A DNA stretch of 64,000 nucleotides from positions 1,952,001 to 2,016,000 of the forward strand of contig CBDAOI010000004.1 in NCBI GenBank assembly GCA_965198005.1. Reading direction: 5' to 3'. The notes under the pieces are model-generated. The model was not told the DNA's origin. It saw only the letters and a program-made list of their open reading frames with translations, and did not search any database. Position 1 is the stretch's first letter. Every line of letters starts with the position of its first letter. This document shows, piece after piece, positions 38,337 to 48,629 of the stretch. The translations under genes were made by a program, and so were the position numbers. The DNA is from Spirochaetia bacterium. Its GTDB lineage: Bacteria; Spirochaetota; Spirochaetia; SZUA-6; Bin103.

Positions 38337-40295
38337 CTAACGACCCATTGCTTCCTTCAGCTCACTATCAATCCAGAGGCGGGCGAGGATGGACATATAT
38401 TGCATATCTCCCATCGAGTATTCACCGTTAAAACCTTCGACCCACGGCTGGCTCACCTGAAACCTTGGTTCCAGAGGACCCCATATCTGATTGTGCTGCT
38501 TTATCACGGCCAAATCAAACTCTCTAGATGCCTGCATCTCCTCCTCAACGGTGGTAGCGGCCAAAAAGGCATCATAGGCGGCGGTCAGCTCAGGGGTCTC
38601 GACTCCGCCCACGTAGTCGCGCGTAGATGGATTGTCCGAGCGATAAGCGCGCGTGGACCAGGCAGGGCTCGAAATGGCCATGCCGCCACCGGTAGATGCC
38701 TGCATCTCCTCCTCAACGGTGGTAGCGGCCAAAAAGGCATCATAGGCGGCGGTCAGCTCAGGGGTCTCGACTCCGCCCACGTAGTCGCGCGTAGATGGAT
38801 TGTCCGAGCGATAAGCGCGCGTGGACCAGGCAGGGCTCGAAATGGCCATGCCGCCACCGGTCATCTCATAATCATGTGCTCCTCTCTTAGCGACCCAAGT
38901 CGCCGTGTCATATATATTAATCGTTACATCAACGCCAATATCAGCAAAGTAGCCGGCAGCTATTTCCACATAGCCCAAATCCGAGATGTCGCGGTGAGAA
39001 TAGTCGACCTTGAATCGAACGCCGTCCGCGCCCCGCGGATATCCAGCCTCGTCAAGGAGCTTCTCAGCACCTTCCGGGTCATACCTGTAGTATTGCTTGA
39101 GCTCTTCGGGCCACTCTTCAACTGGGGTGTAATACCCCTTGACGAAAGACACCGCAGGAGATTCCCACTTTGCTAAACCGGCATAGTAGGTATCGTTAAT
39201 CGTCTCGAGGTCCAGTGCCATCTGCAGTGCGTGGCGTACCCTGATGTCGTCAAAGGGCGCGTTGCGAATGTTCAGACCAATGGCAGCAAACGCCGCCTGG
39301 TGATAAAAGCTCGCCTCGAGTTCGGGGTTGGTCTTCTGGAGGCTCTTTACCACGTCTAGGGATTTTATTTCACCGACGCCGGCTTTAGCTGTTATATCAA
39401 TCTTACCCGAGCGTAGTGCCGATATACGTGTTGCTTCTTCTGCCATATAGAGGGCACTTACCTGGTCAATATAGGGCAGGCGGTTCTCAGGGTATTTTTC
39501 GTCGTAGCCCCAGTAGGCAGGATTCTTGGTCCAGGTGATAGAGACGTCTTCGACATAGTCAGTCAGCTCAAAGGGCCCGGTGCCGACCACGTTCTTCCAA
39601 TCCGTATAGTCGCCGTATTGCTCGATTACCTCGGGGGGTAATATCCAGTGCAAAGCTTCGTTGATGATAACCTCTAGCGCATAGACGGACGGCTCCGTCA
39701 GCTTAAAAACAACCGTATATTTGTCGGTGGCCTCTATCGATTCCCATGGCATATTGACAGCAACTCTAGGACTAAGGGGACGTTCGGTGAAGTCACCCAG
39801 AACGGTATTACGCTGCCAGGTATATACGACATCATCGGCAGTTAGCTCCCGACCGTTCATCGGTGCCTTGTTATGCCAGTAAACCCCCTGGCGGATGTGG
39901 AAGATGTAAGTCAGTGGGTCGGGCGTTTCCCAGCTTTCCGCCAGAGACCCTGTGAAGATAAACGTAGGGACATAGGGGTTTCTAAAGTCAAATTCTTTCC
40001 TATCTAGTCCCCAGTCCCCGAGGGCGAGAGTCTCATTAACACTGGCTATGAGGAAGCCCGCATAGCCGCCAGTAACAAAGGGGTCAGTAGTAGAGTAATC
40101 TAATCTATAGGGAAAGGTTAATGTCCCGCCATACTCTGGTGCCACCACGACCTTGCCGGTGGTCGGGTCGGTCACATACTTCTTGTCAGCCGCGGCTGCC
40201 GGTGCCTCTTCTGCGCCAGCGGCCCACAGGCCGGTTGCGGGCAAAACGAGGACCAACGCAATCGCGAAGGACCTTGCAAAAAATATCTTCATCAT
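38337..40295 (-). CDS. ABC substrate-binding protein, family 5, with an in-frame 56-aa tandem duplication
   Basis: Same motifs as SBP 1; 38525-38692 matches 38693-38860. Confidence 0.92.
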   Translation of the reverse strand: MMKIFFARSFAIALVLVLPATGLWAAGAEEAPAAAADKKYVTDPTTGKVVVAPEYGGTLTFPYRLDYSTTDPFVTGGYAGFLIASVNETLALGDWGLDRKEFDFRNPYVPTFIFTGSLAESWETPDPLTYIFHIRQGVYWHNKAPMNGRELTADDVVYTWQRNTVLGDFTERPLSPRVAVNMPWESIEATDKYTVVFKLTEPSVYALEVIINEALHWILPPEVIEQYGDYTDWKNVVGTGPFELTDYVEDVSITWTKNPAYWGYDEKYPENRLPYIDQVSALYMAEEATRISALRSGKIDITAKAGVGEIKSLDVVKSLQKTNPELEASFYHQAAFAAIGLNIRNAPFDDIRVRHALQMALDLETINDTYYAGLAKWESPAVSFVKGYYTPVEEWPEELKQYYRYDPEGAEKLLDEAGYPRGADGVRFKVDYSHRDISDLGYVEIAAGYFADIGVDVTINIYDTATWVAKRGAHDYEMTGGGMAISSPAWSTRAYRSDNPSTRDYVGGVETPELTAAYDAFLAATTVEEEMQASTGGGMAISSPAWSTRAYRSDNPSTRDYVGGVETPELTAAYDAFLAATTVEEEMQASREFDLAVIKQHNQIWGPLEPRFQVSQPWVEGFNGEYSMGDMQYMSILARLWIDSELKEAMGR

Positions 40296-40500
40296 TTCTT
40301 CCTTGGATGTTATTTCGGGAGTATTGCGGAGCGGATTGCCGCTCCCTGGCTACTCTGACGCCCGCAACCGCGGGCGCGCCCGCCAACGCGGGCGACCAGT
40401 CTGAGTCAAATTTGTGAAGCGCGCGGCGTGTGACTCACCGGGTTCACCCGGGCTCACGCCGCGCGCGCGTGCGGTTCTTTCAGTATCATTCGAACCTCCT
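40296..40500 (-). promoter_or_regulatory. Conserved structured leader, copy 2, with uORF MILKEPHARAA (40489-40454)
   Basis: AGGAGG RBS; uORF differs from copy 1 only by synonymous CTC>CTG and GAG>GAA. Confidence 0.7.
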
Positions 40501-40837
40501 TCTTCGCTAGATCTACGTCGGGATCTGCGCTACAACGCCACGCGTGGCGGTGGTCTGAGCAGCAGTGAGTCTGAATGGCCGGCAACGCCGGCGGTGGGTT
40601 TTGCGGGCAGTCAGTCGCGGGCAGCGATCCGGGACGGCTGCGGTCGACGGGAAGGGCGCGGGCGGTCCGCATGCCGGTTCGGCGATGGACCGAGCCGGCG
40701 CCACGGATAGCTACGGCGGTGGTGAAGGCGACGGCGTGCGCGGGGTCGCGTAGGGCGCGATCAGCCGGAGCGGTTAGTTGTTTCTCGGTCTCGGTTTGAA
40801 AAGTTGGGGGAGGGGGATGCACTGGCTGCGTCACAAC

Positions 40838-41625
40838 TAACCGGTCACTGCGCTGCCTGTCATCGTGACCCTTCATGACCATCCGTCGAACCCCAGGTGA
40901 GGCACGCTAGCATAGGCGCGGCGCGCCGTCAACGACTCGTGGGGGTCACCGGGGTGAGCGAAGGTCACCGGCAACCCGTCACTGCGCTGACTGTCACCAT
41001 GGCGCTTCATCTCCGATCCGTCCGACCCCAGGCGAGGCAAGCTTGCTATGGACGCGACCACCCGGTCAACCACTCGGAGCTCACCAAACGTGAGCGCCAA
41101 CCGGTCACTGCGCTGACTGTCATCATGGCGCTTCATCGGCATCCGTCGACCCCAGGCCAGGCATGATAGCGTGGGCGCGGCGCACTGTCAACGTTTCGGA
41201 GCTCACCAAACGTGACCGCCAACCGGCCACTGCGCTGACTGTCATCATGGCGCTTCATCATCGATCCGTCGAACCCCACCCCAGGCGAGGCAAGCTTGCT
41301 ATGGACGCGACCACCCTGTCAACGACTCGGACGTCACCGACCGTGACCGCCAACCGGTCACTGCGCTGACTGTCATGATGGCGCTCCATCCGCATCTGAT
41401 CAACCCGAATCACCATCTTCCGCGGGCGACTCAGAAAAGTCAACGGCGATTCTGGCCTCGTGCACCTTGCCACGCCCGGCTCTGCGATTCGGCTGAACTT
41501 GCGCGCCTCACCCCTAACCAGTCACTGCGCTGCCGCCATCCTGGCGCGTCGTCGTGGCGCATCATCTGCATTCGCCGAACCCCTAACGGTGCAGTCTCTC
41601 GCGAGCGCGGCCACCCTGTCAACAG
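40838..41625 (-). repeat. Array of about 5 diverged 120-140 bp units, each with a TTGAC box on the - strand
   Basis: GTCAA on + at 40928, 41065, 41187, 41318 and 41618; shared GCGAGGCAAGCTTGCTATGGACGCGACCACC and ACTGCGCTGACTGTCATCATGGCGCTTCAT. Confidence 0.85.
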
Positions 41626-42693
41626 CGCCGCCCCCTGCGTGCGCGGCCGACCGGCAGCCGGGGCGGTGTCACGCCCGATGCCCGGTGACCTCCACCCGTG
41701 GCGTCTCCCTGGCGCCACGGGTGGCATGTAGCTCCCAGACCGCGACAGGACGTCGGGGGCTGGGAGCGGTTTTGCTATTCCGGAGGCGCGCCCGGAACGC
41801 GGCCGACCAGGTGAACCAGCGCCAGGCTGTGTATGGGCGTGACGTGGCCGGTCAGCTCGAAGCGGCGCCTGGCATCGTAGTGTCTGTGCATCATCGGGCG
41901 CCGCAGACCGAGTCGGCGAAGTGCACAGGTAACTCATCACACGACTGACGCGTCGTCCGTTCCTGGGCCCCGTCCATGGGGCCCAACACAGGCGTTCCCG
42001 CGCCATGGAGGGCAAGCGTGCGGCTGTCCTGTGGACAGCTCGGGGCGCGTCCGGAGCAACGTGCACCATCATGCTCACCAGCGCCGAGTCATGGAACCCG
42101 CTGGCCGAACCGGTCAGTCTGAAAGCAGCGACTGGCATCGCAGGGTCTGTGCATCATCGTGGCGAAGGTCGGAGGCCACGCCACACGAGCCGTGAACCCG
42201 CTCCCCACCGACCGTCGGCAGGCCGCTCGGGGAACAACACCACTGACCTCGGGGTGAGTCCGGCGGGGAAGCCGGCACCAGGTACCTCACCACACGACTG
42301 ACGCGTCGTCCGTTCGTGGGCAGACACGGTCGGTCGCGAACAAGGGGCCTTCGCGCTCCCTCTGAATCGGCCAATGGTAGCGCTGCCACCTCCCATGTGC
42401 CTCCGCCCGCGGACTGCGTCGCTGCCGGCCGATGCCCCATGGGCTACGACAAGGTGCGCCGCCGCTTCATCGGCCGCGGCAGAGTTCGTAATCGGTGACC
42501 TCCACCCGTGGCGCCCTCCCTGGCGCCACGGGTGGCATACGGCCCACAGACCACGACACGAGGTCGGGGGCTGTGGGCTGCTTCGAACTCCGGAGGCGGG
42601 TCCGGAAGGCTGCTCAACAGGGCAGCCATCGCCGGGCTCCGCATGGGTGCTGCGGCGCCGGTCAACTCGAAGCGGATGCTCCGATCTGGACCC

Positions 42694-43290
42694 TCAGTAC
42701 TCGTCGTCGCAGAAGCCGTCGCGGAAGGTATGGGGCACCACCCAGTAGCCGTCGACCGTGGCGAACAGATCGGAAGCCACCACCCGGCAGTAGGCCGGCG
42801 CCGCAGGCGGCCGCGAGGCCACTACGAACAGCGGCTTAAGATGGTAGAGACTCGATCGAAACACGTGCCGGGAGCCTGGACCCCACTGCCGGTCGGCAGG
42901 CCGCTCGGGAAACAGCACCACCAGCGAGCTGCGCTTGACCAGCCACAGGGTGCGCCGCGCCAGCGCTGCGTTGGGCGGGATGCCCTCGGGCACCACCGCC
43001 GAGGCGAACAGCCCCTCGGCCCGGCAGCGCCGTGCGCGCTTGCCGAACGCGCAGCCGACGAACACCTCGTCGGGGCCGCATTCTGAGTCAGCCAGCGCCT
43101 TGCGGAAGGCGGCATCCACCCCGGCCGCGCAGCCCACGAAGAACCCAAACCCGTGCCGGCGAAACTGCTCGATCAGCGCTCGGCAGGTCGAGGGCTCCAC
43201 CTGCCCGCAGCGGCTGCCGGCCAACAACACCGAACGCGCCGCCACGTTGAACTGCAGCGCGGCATCGCCTGCTACCTGAAATGTCACCAT
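42694..43290 (-). CDS. SLOG-superfamily protein, copy 2 (left inverted arm)
   Basis: Close paralogue of 32411-33007; AGGAGG RBS. Confidence 0.7.
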   Translation of the reverse strand: MVTFQVAGDAALQFNVAARSVLLAGSRCGQVEPSTCRALIEQFRRHGFGFFVGCAAGVDAAFRKALADSECGPDEVFVGCAFGKRARRCRAEGLFASAVVPEGIPPNAALARRTLWLVKRSSLVVLFPERPADRQWGPGSRHVFRSSLYHLKPLFVVASRPPAAPAYCRVVASDLFATVDGYWVVPHTFRDGFCDDEY

Positions 43291-43346
43291 TCATCGCACC
43301 TCCTGGTACTTGGTTGCCAAGCGATTTCGCACGCTGCTCCCGGCAG

Positions 43347-44327
43347 TCAAGTATTTTCTGTGCGCGATGGCCGCTCTCCGTTTCCTCCACTGGAGTTGCG
43401 TTCTCGCGGATGGTAGAGGCTGTGCACACGCTTCAGATCGCCGATCTCGACACGGAGGTACTTCTGGGTGGTCTTCAGCGAGGCGTGGCCGAGCAGCTTG
43501 GCGATGTACATGACGTTGGCCTCGTTGCGAAGCATGTGCGTGGCGACCGAGTGGCGAAAGGTGTAGCAGGTCAGGTCTTTCTTCAGCCCCACCTCGGCGG
43601 CGATCTTCCACATCACCGAGCGGTTAATGGTGCTCGCGTTGAAGGGGTTGCCCCAACCCGATAGGAACAACAGGCCCGGATCGTCGGCGCGTCCGCGCAG
43701 GAAGTACTTGCGACCCTTGCGCAGATACTCGGCGATGTAATGGCAGGCGTACTGACCGATGGGGACCACACGCGACTTGCCGCCCTTGCCCTTCATGATG
43801 GTGACCGTCTGTTCCTTGAGATCGAGATCTGCAACTCTGAGCTGGCAGAGCTCTGTGGTGCGGATGCCGCAGGCGTACAGCAGCTCGACGATGGCGCGGT
43901 TGCGCAGCCCCTCGGGACCGATCGGCTTGATCTGCTCGAGCAGACCTGAGACCTCATCCTCCGACAACACATTCCGAATCAGCTTCTGCTCCTCCTTGGG
44001 GAACTCCAGCACGCTGGTGGGGTCCCGGAGGATGAAGTCGCCGCGCAGTAGATAATGGAAGAACTTGCGCACCGACCGCAGGATCAGGTTCTGCGTGGCA
44101 TGCGTCAGCGCCCCGATGCGCGGATCCTCATGCTCGGCCAGATGCCGTTGATAGTCGAGGATCGTGTCCTTGGTGACCTGCTCGACCGTGTCGATGCGAG
44201 GGTAGCGCTGCTCCAGGAATGCCAGGAAGCGCTTGGTGTTAGCCCCGTAGGTCTCGAGGGTGCGGGCGGCGAAGTGATGGGCGCGCAGGTAGTCGCGAAA
44301 ACCGTCCAGGTGGCGCTGGAACTTCAT
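43347..44327 (-). CDS. XerD-like tyrosine recombinase (full length)
   Basis: GIRTTEL (Arg), KGKGGKSR, YTFRHS (Tyr in place of the first His), LLGH, TQKY; AAGGAG RBS. Confidence 0.9.
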   Translation of the reverse strand: MKFQRHLDGFRDYLRAHHFAARTLETYGANTKRFLAFLEQRYPRIDTVEQVTKDTILDYQRHLAEHEDPRIGALTHATQNLILRSVRKFFHYLLRGDFILRDPTSVLEFPKEEQKLIRNVLSEDEVSGLLEQIKPIGPEGLRNRAIVELLYACGIRTTELCQLRVADLDLKEQTVTIMKGKGGKSRVVPIGQYACHYIAEYLRKGRKYFLRGRADDPGLLFLSGWGNPFNASTINRSVMWKIAAEVGLKKDLTCYTFRHSVATHMLRNEANVMYIAKLLGHASLKTTQKYLRVEIGDLKRVHSLYHPRERNSSGGNGERPSRTENT

Positions 44328-44493
44328 GCTTGCTCCTTTCCGTTGCCGTCCGCTGCCGGTGAGACACCTTCGGGCACAGTCTAAACAGGGTATACGTTCA
44401 AATACGGGGTTCGGGGGTCCGGGTGCGGCTATCTCCTTGCAGGAGAGTTGGTTACCGCATCCGAACCTGAATGTTCGGGTGTGTTCAGCTCGT

Positions 44494-46672
44494 TCAGGTC
44501 GCCGCGCCCGCAGCGGCAGGTTGGGCCTTGATCCTGGCAGTCAGATCCTCGGGGCTGAGGATCGTGGTGAGGAAATCGAGGTCGCTGTAGTGTGCCGACA
44601 GCCGGTACTGATTGGCAAGACCACTGCGCGCCTTGATGAGCTGGATGTACTCGTAGTCGGCGAGGGTGCGGAAGTTGTTGCGGACCTGGGCGAACGACCA
44701 CGAGGTATAGGCTACGGATCTGGCTGCGCTGAAAGACCACCTGCTCGGCAACGACGCCCTCCGCATCGGCTTTGTCGGTGACGTACTTCTTGATGAGCTC
44801 CAGCAGCTCTCTGGCCGGCCGTGGCAGATCATCGAGGGTGTTGTCCAGCACGCCGTCGGAGAGCAGCTCGTGAGCGAGCCGGTAGTCGGCGACGGTGCAC
44901 TCGATGTATTCGAGGGTCTCGCCGCCGTCCAACGTCAGCTGCTTGCGCTTGCGCTGGTACTGATACAGGAAGCAGATGGCGTTGATGAGCCGCAGGAACT
45001 TCTCGTGGTCGCGCCGGGTCTTCAGTGTGGAGGCCGGGAAGGTCAACACCTCCGCATAGGGGTTGAAGACCAACACCGGCTCGAGCAACCGCTGCGCGAA
45101 GTGGTGGCGCTCGGTGATTCGATCCAGACTCCGTCGCTGGAGGAAGCCGTCGACGGTGTAGTTGGTGCGCTGCCGGTCGTGGATGAGCCGGGTCTGGTCC
45201 TCTGACTCGTCGATGCCCACGACGAAGCTGCGGCTGAGGTTGTCGGGGTTCACGTCGCCTTTGGTGGTGGTCTCGGCCAGCGAGATCGGCCCGTTCACGG
45301 TGATGGTCTCGGTCTTCACCTGGCCGGTGACCGGGTCCTTCATCGGCACCGCCTTGGTGATGGAGCGCCGCGAGATGAGCTCGCGCAGCGGGTAGTCGGA
45401 GCCCTCGCTGCCGTGCTTCTCGCCGATGACGATGAAGCAGTGCTTGAGGTCGTCCTTGCCGTAGTAGTAGAGCGCCTGCGCCGACAAGTCGCTGACGCTC
45501 TCCACATCCTCGGGCGGACACAGCTGCTCGGTCACCTCCACCAGCATGCTCTTGCCGGCGCTGCTGCGCGAGATGATGATCGCATGCAGCGGGTTGTGCA
45601 TCAGGCGCGAGGTCATCACCAGGTAGAGCAGGAGCTTGTTCTTGCGCTCCCGGACGTAGCCAAGCTCGGTGTAGTCGCGGTCGATCTGGTCGACCAGGTC
45701 GGAGCCCTTCAGCAACTCCATCCCGATCTGCCGTTGATGGTCGGTCAGCGCGCGGTGCTTCTCGATCACGTCGATGATCTGGGTCAGGTCGCTCTCGATC
45801 TGCGCTTGGTCGCTCAAGCCGAAGCGGTCCATCAGCTGATAGGTGAAGTTCTGTCGGTCGCGGTTGCGGTACAGGTCGATGGAATCCACGAATGCGCTCT
45901 GGTCGAGCTGGGCCTTGATGTTGGCCTTCATGCGGGTGGTGTGCTCAGCGAAGCTGCCGATGACCCGGTAGGTCACCTGTGGGAACCGAAACAGGAAGCC
46001 GCCCTCGATCTCGGTCACCGCATCTGAGATGGACGCCTCACCACCGTCGCGGTCCAGGAGTCGCTGGAGTGAGGCGCGCACCTCAGAGCTGGGCAAACCG
46101 TCGAGCTCGATGGGCACGCGACGCGCCGAGACCCCGGCGCGCGTGAGATCGGCGAACAAACGCGCGCGTCCCTCGAAGGTGAAGGTGACAGCGCGGATGC
46201 CCTGGTCCTGTGCGAACTTCAGGTACTTGGCGTCGCTGCCGAACGGAAACGTCGTATGCGGAAAGTCATGCTGGATGAGCGTGAGCGCGTCGAGGGGGCT
46301 CTCGACGAAGGGGGCGTTGAAGATGCCATCCTCGCCAATCATGACCAGGGGCCGCTTGGCGCGCGGGCTCAGTTTGTATCCGACGACGTTGACGACTGTC
46401 CCTGCCTCATCGAGGACCGGAATCGTCACGCAGCCCTGCAGCATGACGCGCCCGTTCTTGATGGCGCCGCAACGCTCGAGCTCTATGCGCAGCTCCTGGT
46501 CGCGCGCCAGATGCTCGGCGACCTGGTCGGCGCAGTAGCCGAGCCGGAAGCTCTCGAATACGAACGACTCAGTGATACCGGCTCGTGCGAGCGCGGCACG
46601 TGGGCGGGGATCCGAGGCCAGCGGTTCCGTGCAGAGGCCGGTCAGCTGTTCGAGTGCGTTGGCTTGATTCAT
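44494..46672 (-). pseudogene. Primase-like + P-loop ATPase, copy B, with a 1-nt insertion near 44712
   Basis: Near-identical to copy A; GTATAGGCTACGG versus GTATAGGTACGG shifts the last ~70 codons. Confidence 0.75.
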
Positions 46673-46772
46673 ATGGGCTCCCCATATACAGGACGTAGTA
46701 GTACCCTATATAGGGGGTGCGTGGCAACCCTTGCGGTACAATTTTTCGCACGATTGTGCGTATGCTGCAGCT

Positions 46773-47141
46773 ATGGCTTCGCTCGGCACCCACCTCAAGG
46801 GCCTCCGAAAGCAGTCCGGGCTCTCCTACCGCCGGCTCGCCGATGCGGTCGGCATCTCCCACAACAACCTCGCCTCCTATGAGGCCGACCGCGTCATGCC
46901 CTCGTTCCAGAACGCGGTGAAGCTGTGCCAGTTCTTCAACGTCCCCCTCGAGTATCTGCTGGTCGGTCAGAAGGCCGACTTCCGCTATCACGACCTCAGG
47001 CTCGCCGAGCTGTTCCTCCAGGCCGATGCGCTGCCGGCCGAGTACCGCACCATCATCAAGGCGTACCTGCGCAGCGTGATGACGCACGCGGCCCAGAAGG
47101 AGCGCCTGATCGCTAGCGCCGCCGAGCCGGAGCTGCCGTAG
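46773..47141 (+). CDS. XRE-family HTH regulator, copy B
   Basis: One amino acid different from copy A. Confidence 0.9.
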   Translation: MASLGTHLKGLRKQSGLSYRRLADAVGISHNNLASYEADRVMPSFQNAVKLCQFFNVPLEYLLVGQKADFRYHDLRLAELFLQADALPAEYRTIIKAYLRSVMTHAAQKERLIASAAEPELP

Positions 47142-47241
47142 GGAGAGGGAACCGAGAGCGCAGATCGCGCGACGAAAGTGCTTGACTGCTAGGAACCGAG
47201 TGCGAAAGCGCCTGGCAACCAAGTACCAGGAGGTGCGATCG

Positions 47242-47838
47242 ATGGTGAGCTTTCAGGTTTCCGGTCAGCCGGCGCTGCGGTTCAAGGTGGCGGCGCGCTC
47301 GGTGCTGTTTGCCGGCAGCCGCCGCGGGCAGGTGGAGCAGCCGGTCTGCCGTGCGCTGGTCGAGCGGTTCCGCCGCCACGGGTTCGGGTTCTTCGTGGGC
47401 TGCGCGACCGGCGTCGATGCGGCGTTCCGCGCGGCGCTGGCCCACTCAGCGTGCGGCCCCGACGAGGTGTTCGTCGGCTGCGCGTTCGGCCAGCGCGCAC
47501 GGCGCTGCCGGGCCGAGGGGCTGTTCGCCTCGGCGGTGGTGCCCGAGGGCATCCCGCCCAACGCAGCGCTGGCGCGGCGCACCCTGTGGCTGGTCAAGCG
47601 CAGCTCGCTGGTGGTGCTGTTTCCCGAACGGCCTGCCGACCGGCAGTGGGGTCCGGGCTCGCGGCTTGCCTATCGCTCGGCGCTCTACCACCTCAAGCCG
47701 ACTTTCGTGGTGGCCTCACGGCCGCCTGTCGCTCCGGCGTTCTGTCGGGTGGCGGCCGCCGACCTGTTCGCCACGGTCGACGGCTACTGGGTGGTGCCGC
47801 ATACCTTCCGCGACGGGTTCTGCGACGACGAGTACTGA
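47242..47838 (+). CDS. SLOG-superfamily protein, copy 3 (right inverted arm)
   Basis: Near-identical to 32411-33007. Confidence 0.7.
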   Translation: MVSFQVSGQPALRFKVAARSVLFAGSRRGQVEQPVCRALVERFRRHGFGFFVGCATGVDAAFRAALAHSACGPDEVFVGCAFGQRARRCRAEGLFASAVVPEGIPPNAALARRTLWLVKRSSLVVLFPERPADRQWGPGSRLAYRSALYHLKPTFVVASRPPVAPAFCRVAAADLFATVDGYWVVPHTFRDGFCDDEY

Positions 47839-48257
47839 GGGGTCGAGAGCGGAGCATCCGCTTCGAGTTGACCGGCAAGGCCACGCCCATGCACAGCCTG
47901 GCGCTCGCCGACCTGCTCGGTCGCCTTCCGGCCCCCCCTCCGGACCAGCGAAGCAACCCACAGCCCCCCGACCTCGTGTCGTGGTCTGTGGGCCGTATGC
48001 CACCCGTGGCGCCAGGGAGGGCGCCACGGGTGGAGGCCACCGATTACGAACTCTGCCGCGGCCGATGAAGCGGCGGCATGACGTGGCAGCGCTACCTCTC
48101 ACGTCACCACCATCCGCGCCGGCACCACCGGCCAACCGTCACTAGCGGTGCGCCCGCGGCATCAGCACAATGGCGATACCTGCGATCCGGCAAAAGGGCC
48201 CATTGGGCGATTCAGAATGCGTCCCAAGGCCCCTTGTTCGCGACCGACCGTGTCTGC

Positions 48258-48592
48258 CCACGAACGGACGACGCGTCAGTCGTGTGATGAGGCTTCGCCG
48301 AGTCGGTCTGCGGTGCCGCGGTGCCCTGGCGCTGCTTCGGGCTGACCGGCCACGTCACGCCCATAACGAGCGCGGCGCTTGTCGACCTGGTCGGCCGCGT
48401 TCCGGGCGCGCCTCCGGAGTAGGACGCGGATGTTACTACCGAATAGCGAAGGTATTGTAAACAGCCGGTGCAGCTCTGACTCGCGCAGGGGATCGAGAAT
48501 AGCCACCAGGCTCCCAGTCCACGACGTCCTGTCGCGGGCCGGGAGCTGCATGCCACCCGTGGCGCCATGGAGGGTGCCTCGGGTGGAGGTCA
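48258..48592 (+). repeat. Inner inverted-repeat arm of ABC cassette 3 (partner 54374-54634 + 57078-57185)
   Basis: Shares an ~80 bp insert (GTAGGACGCGGATGTTACTACCGAATAGCGAAGG...) only with the 54.4 kb arm. Confidence 0.85.
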
Positions 48593-48629
48593 CGCTGCAT
48601 CAGACGTGATACCGCGGGGGGTGCCGGTC

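Noticed and set aside
38525-38860. DGR template/variable repeat pair
   Set aside because: Copies are adjacent and identical, with no adenine-specific mismatches and no reverse transcriptase
40873-41473. Repeat-protein ORFs (MKRHDDSQRSDRLAVTFGD...) in the arrays
   Set aside because: Unit lengths are often not multiples of three and frames break between units; a DNA-level repeat fits better
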